Assembly: GCA_016193315.1 (NCBI GenBank)
Contig: JACPSJ010000001.1
Span: forward strand, 535,478-599,477
Direction of reading: 5' to 3'
DNA from: Candidatus Kerfeldbacteria bacterium
Lineage (GTDB): Bacteria; Patescibacteriota; Patescibacteriia; SBBC01; CAIJZX01
DNA: 64,000 nt
Shown: in pieces, positions 63,449 through 64,000 of the stretch
How positions within the stretch are numbered: position 1 is the stretch's first letter
Layout of the letters: each line of letters begins with the position of its first letter
Notes under the pieces: generated by a model
Databases searched by the model: none
The model's input: only the letters and a program-made list of their open reading frames with translations
Told to the model about the DNA's origin: nothing
Made by a program: the position numbers and the translations under genes

Positions 63449-64000
63449 TCAGCCTTGGCGCAACCGCTCCGGCCGCAGCCGGGCGTCCATCGACATGGTC
63501 AGGAACACGCGCGCACTGCTGGCGGTCTTGAATCCATCTTTGTAGAGAACGAGGCCGTCGACCACCTGAGCCCCAAGACGCTCATACAGGCGGCGGGAAT
63601 TACTCCCGTCCTGGGCGGTGCGCATGATGACGTGGGTGAAGTGGCGTGTCCGGCCGTTCCGAGCTTCTTCGATCCGCCGGATAACCAATTCCCGACCCAG
63701 CCCCTGCCGTCGGAATTCCGTCTCGACCCCTAGTTCGGCCATGTAAAGGTATCGATGTAGCGGGGTCTCGAGTAAACTCTGGCGGGCCGCCAGAAAGACG
63801 GCATCTTCACACTCATCAGCGGGTTCGCTACCGCCGAACCCGATCACCGGCCCAGTCCGAGGGTCATCGGCGGTTAGGAACAGCACCAGGATACCCCGAT
63901 CGGCAAACCTTCGAAATGAGGGCTTGACGTAGGATTCCTCTTGACCGGCGTAGTCTTCGAAGTACGGCGGGCCAGCGAAGACGCGCTTATAACACGACAC
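63449..64000 (-). CDS. GNAT-family N-acetyltransferase, N-terminus probably cut by window edge
   Basis: Acetyl-CoA binding motif RRQGLGRELV; the first codon at the window end is GTG, so the true start may lie beyond 64000. Confidence 0.6.
   Translation of the reverse strand: MSCYKRVFAGPPYFEDYAGQEESYVKPSFRRFADRGILVLFLTADDPRTGPVIGFGGSEPADECEDAVFLAARQSLLETPLHRYLYMAELGVETEFRRQGLGRELVIRRIEEARNGRTRHFTHVIMRTAQDGSNSRRLYERLGAQVVDGLVLYKDGFKTASSARVFLTMSMDARLRPERLRQG

Overview
The window is a 64-kb, roughly 60% GC bacterial chromosome segment with compact, overlapping, mostly minus-strand genes. The gene content resembles a reduced, fermentative, Patescibacteria/CPR-like genome, but that lineage assignment is an inference, not a measurement.

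Annotatable content, in order:
- gltX (partial), a WecB/TagA glycosyltransferase, a secreted lytic-transglycosylase-like repeat protein, and priA-def-fmt.
- A GT2 cellulose-synthase-like membrane protein.
- An archaeal-type AMP phosphorylase clustered with a PfkB kinase, class II aldolase, rpe and rpiB.
- trxB, an HU histone-like gene, an RNase J-like beta-CASP nuclease, a Kef-type antiporter and a PQQ-dependent sugar dehydrogenase.
- ftsEX and an RlpA-like / D,D-carboxypeptidase fusion.
- tRNA-Gln, tRNA-Gly, tRNA-Thr and tRNA-His.
- A PpiC-type PPIase, an FtsB-like protein, lepA and murJ.
- An exopolysaccharide locus: a DUF4012-like protein, two GT4 glycosyltransferases, a Wzz-like protein and the priming phosphoglycosyltransferase.
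- RNase P RNA, followed by a ClbS/DinB-like small protein gene and a stand-alone GGDEF diguanylate cyclase.
- rnhA and recJ, then a fermentation/lower-glycolysis block: korAB, ackA, pduL, two tandem gpmI, eno, pgk and an NDH-2.
- A LAETG-anchored DUF11 surface protein, a response regulator, hisS, a dapE-like peptidase and a GNAT (partial).

The most unusual part is a GC-richer ~5-kb island at 31.9-36.8 kb.
- It holds seven small minus-strand ORFs with strong AGGAGG ribosome-binding sites: a collagen-like secreted protein, a coiled-coil protein, a Cys-cluster mini-protein and membrane proteins. None has a recognisable family.
- The ORFs are interleaved with a family of long imperfect hairpins whose G-U pattern implies plus-strand transcription.
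- A ~0.95-kb protein-free, highly structured segment follows.

Other oddities:
- tRNA-Gly is followed by three ~160-nt tandem units with tRNA-3'-end-like motifs.
- An intact tRNA-Thr sits nested between the two halves of a second tRNA, which have perfectly complementary acceptor strands.
- The PriA homologue lacks recognisable helicase motifs.
- The AMP-phosphorylase pentose module has no RuBisCO in the window.

All calls come from reading the six-frame translations and the nucleotide sequence by eye; no searches were run.
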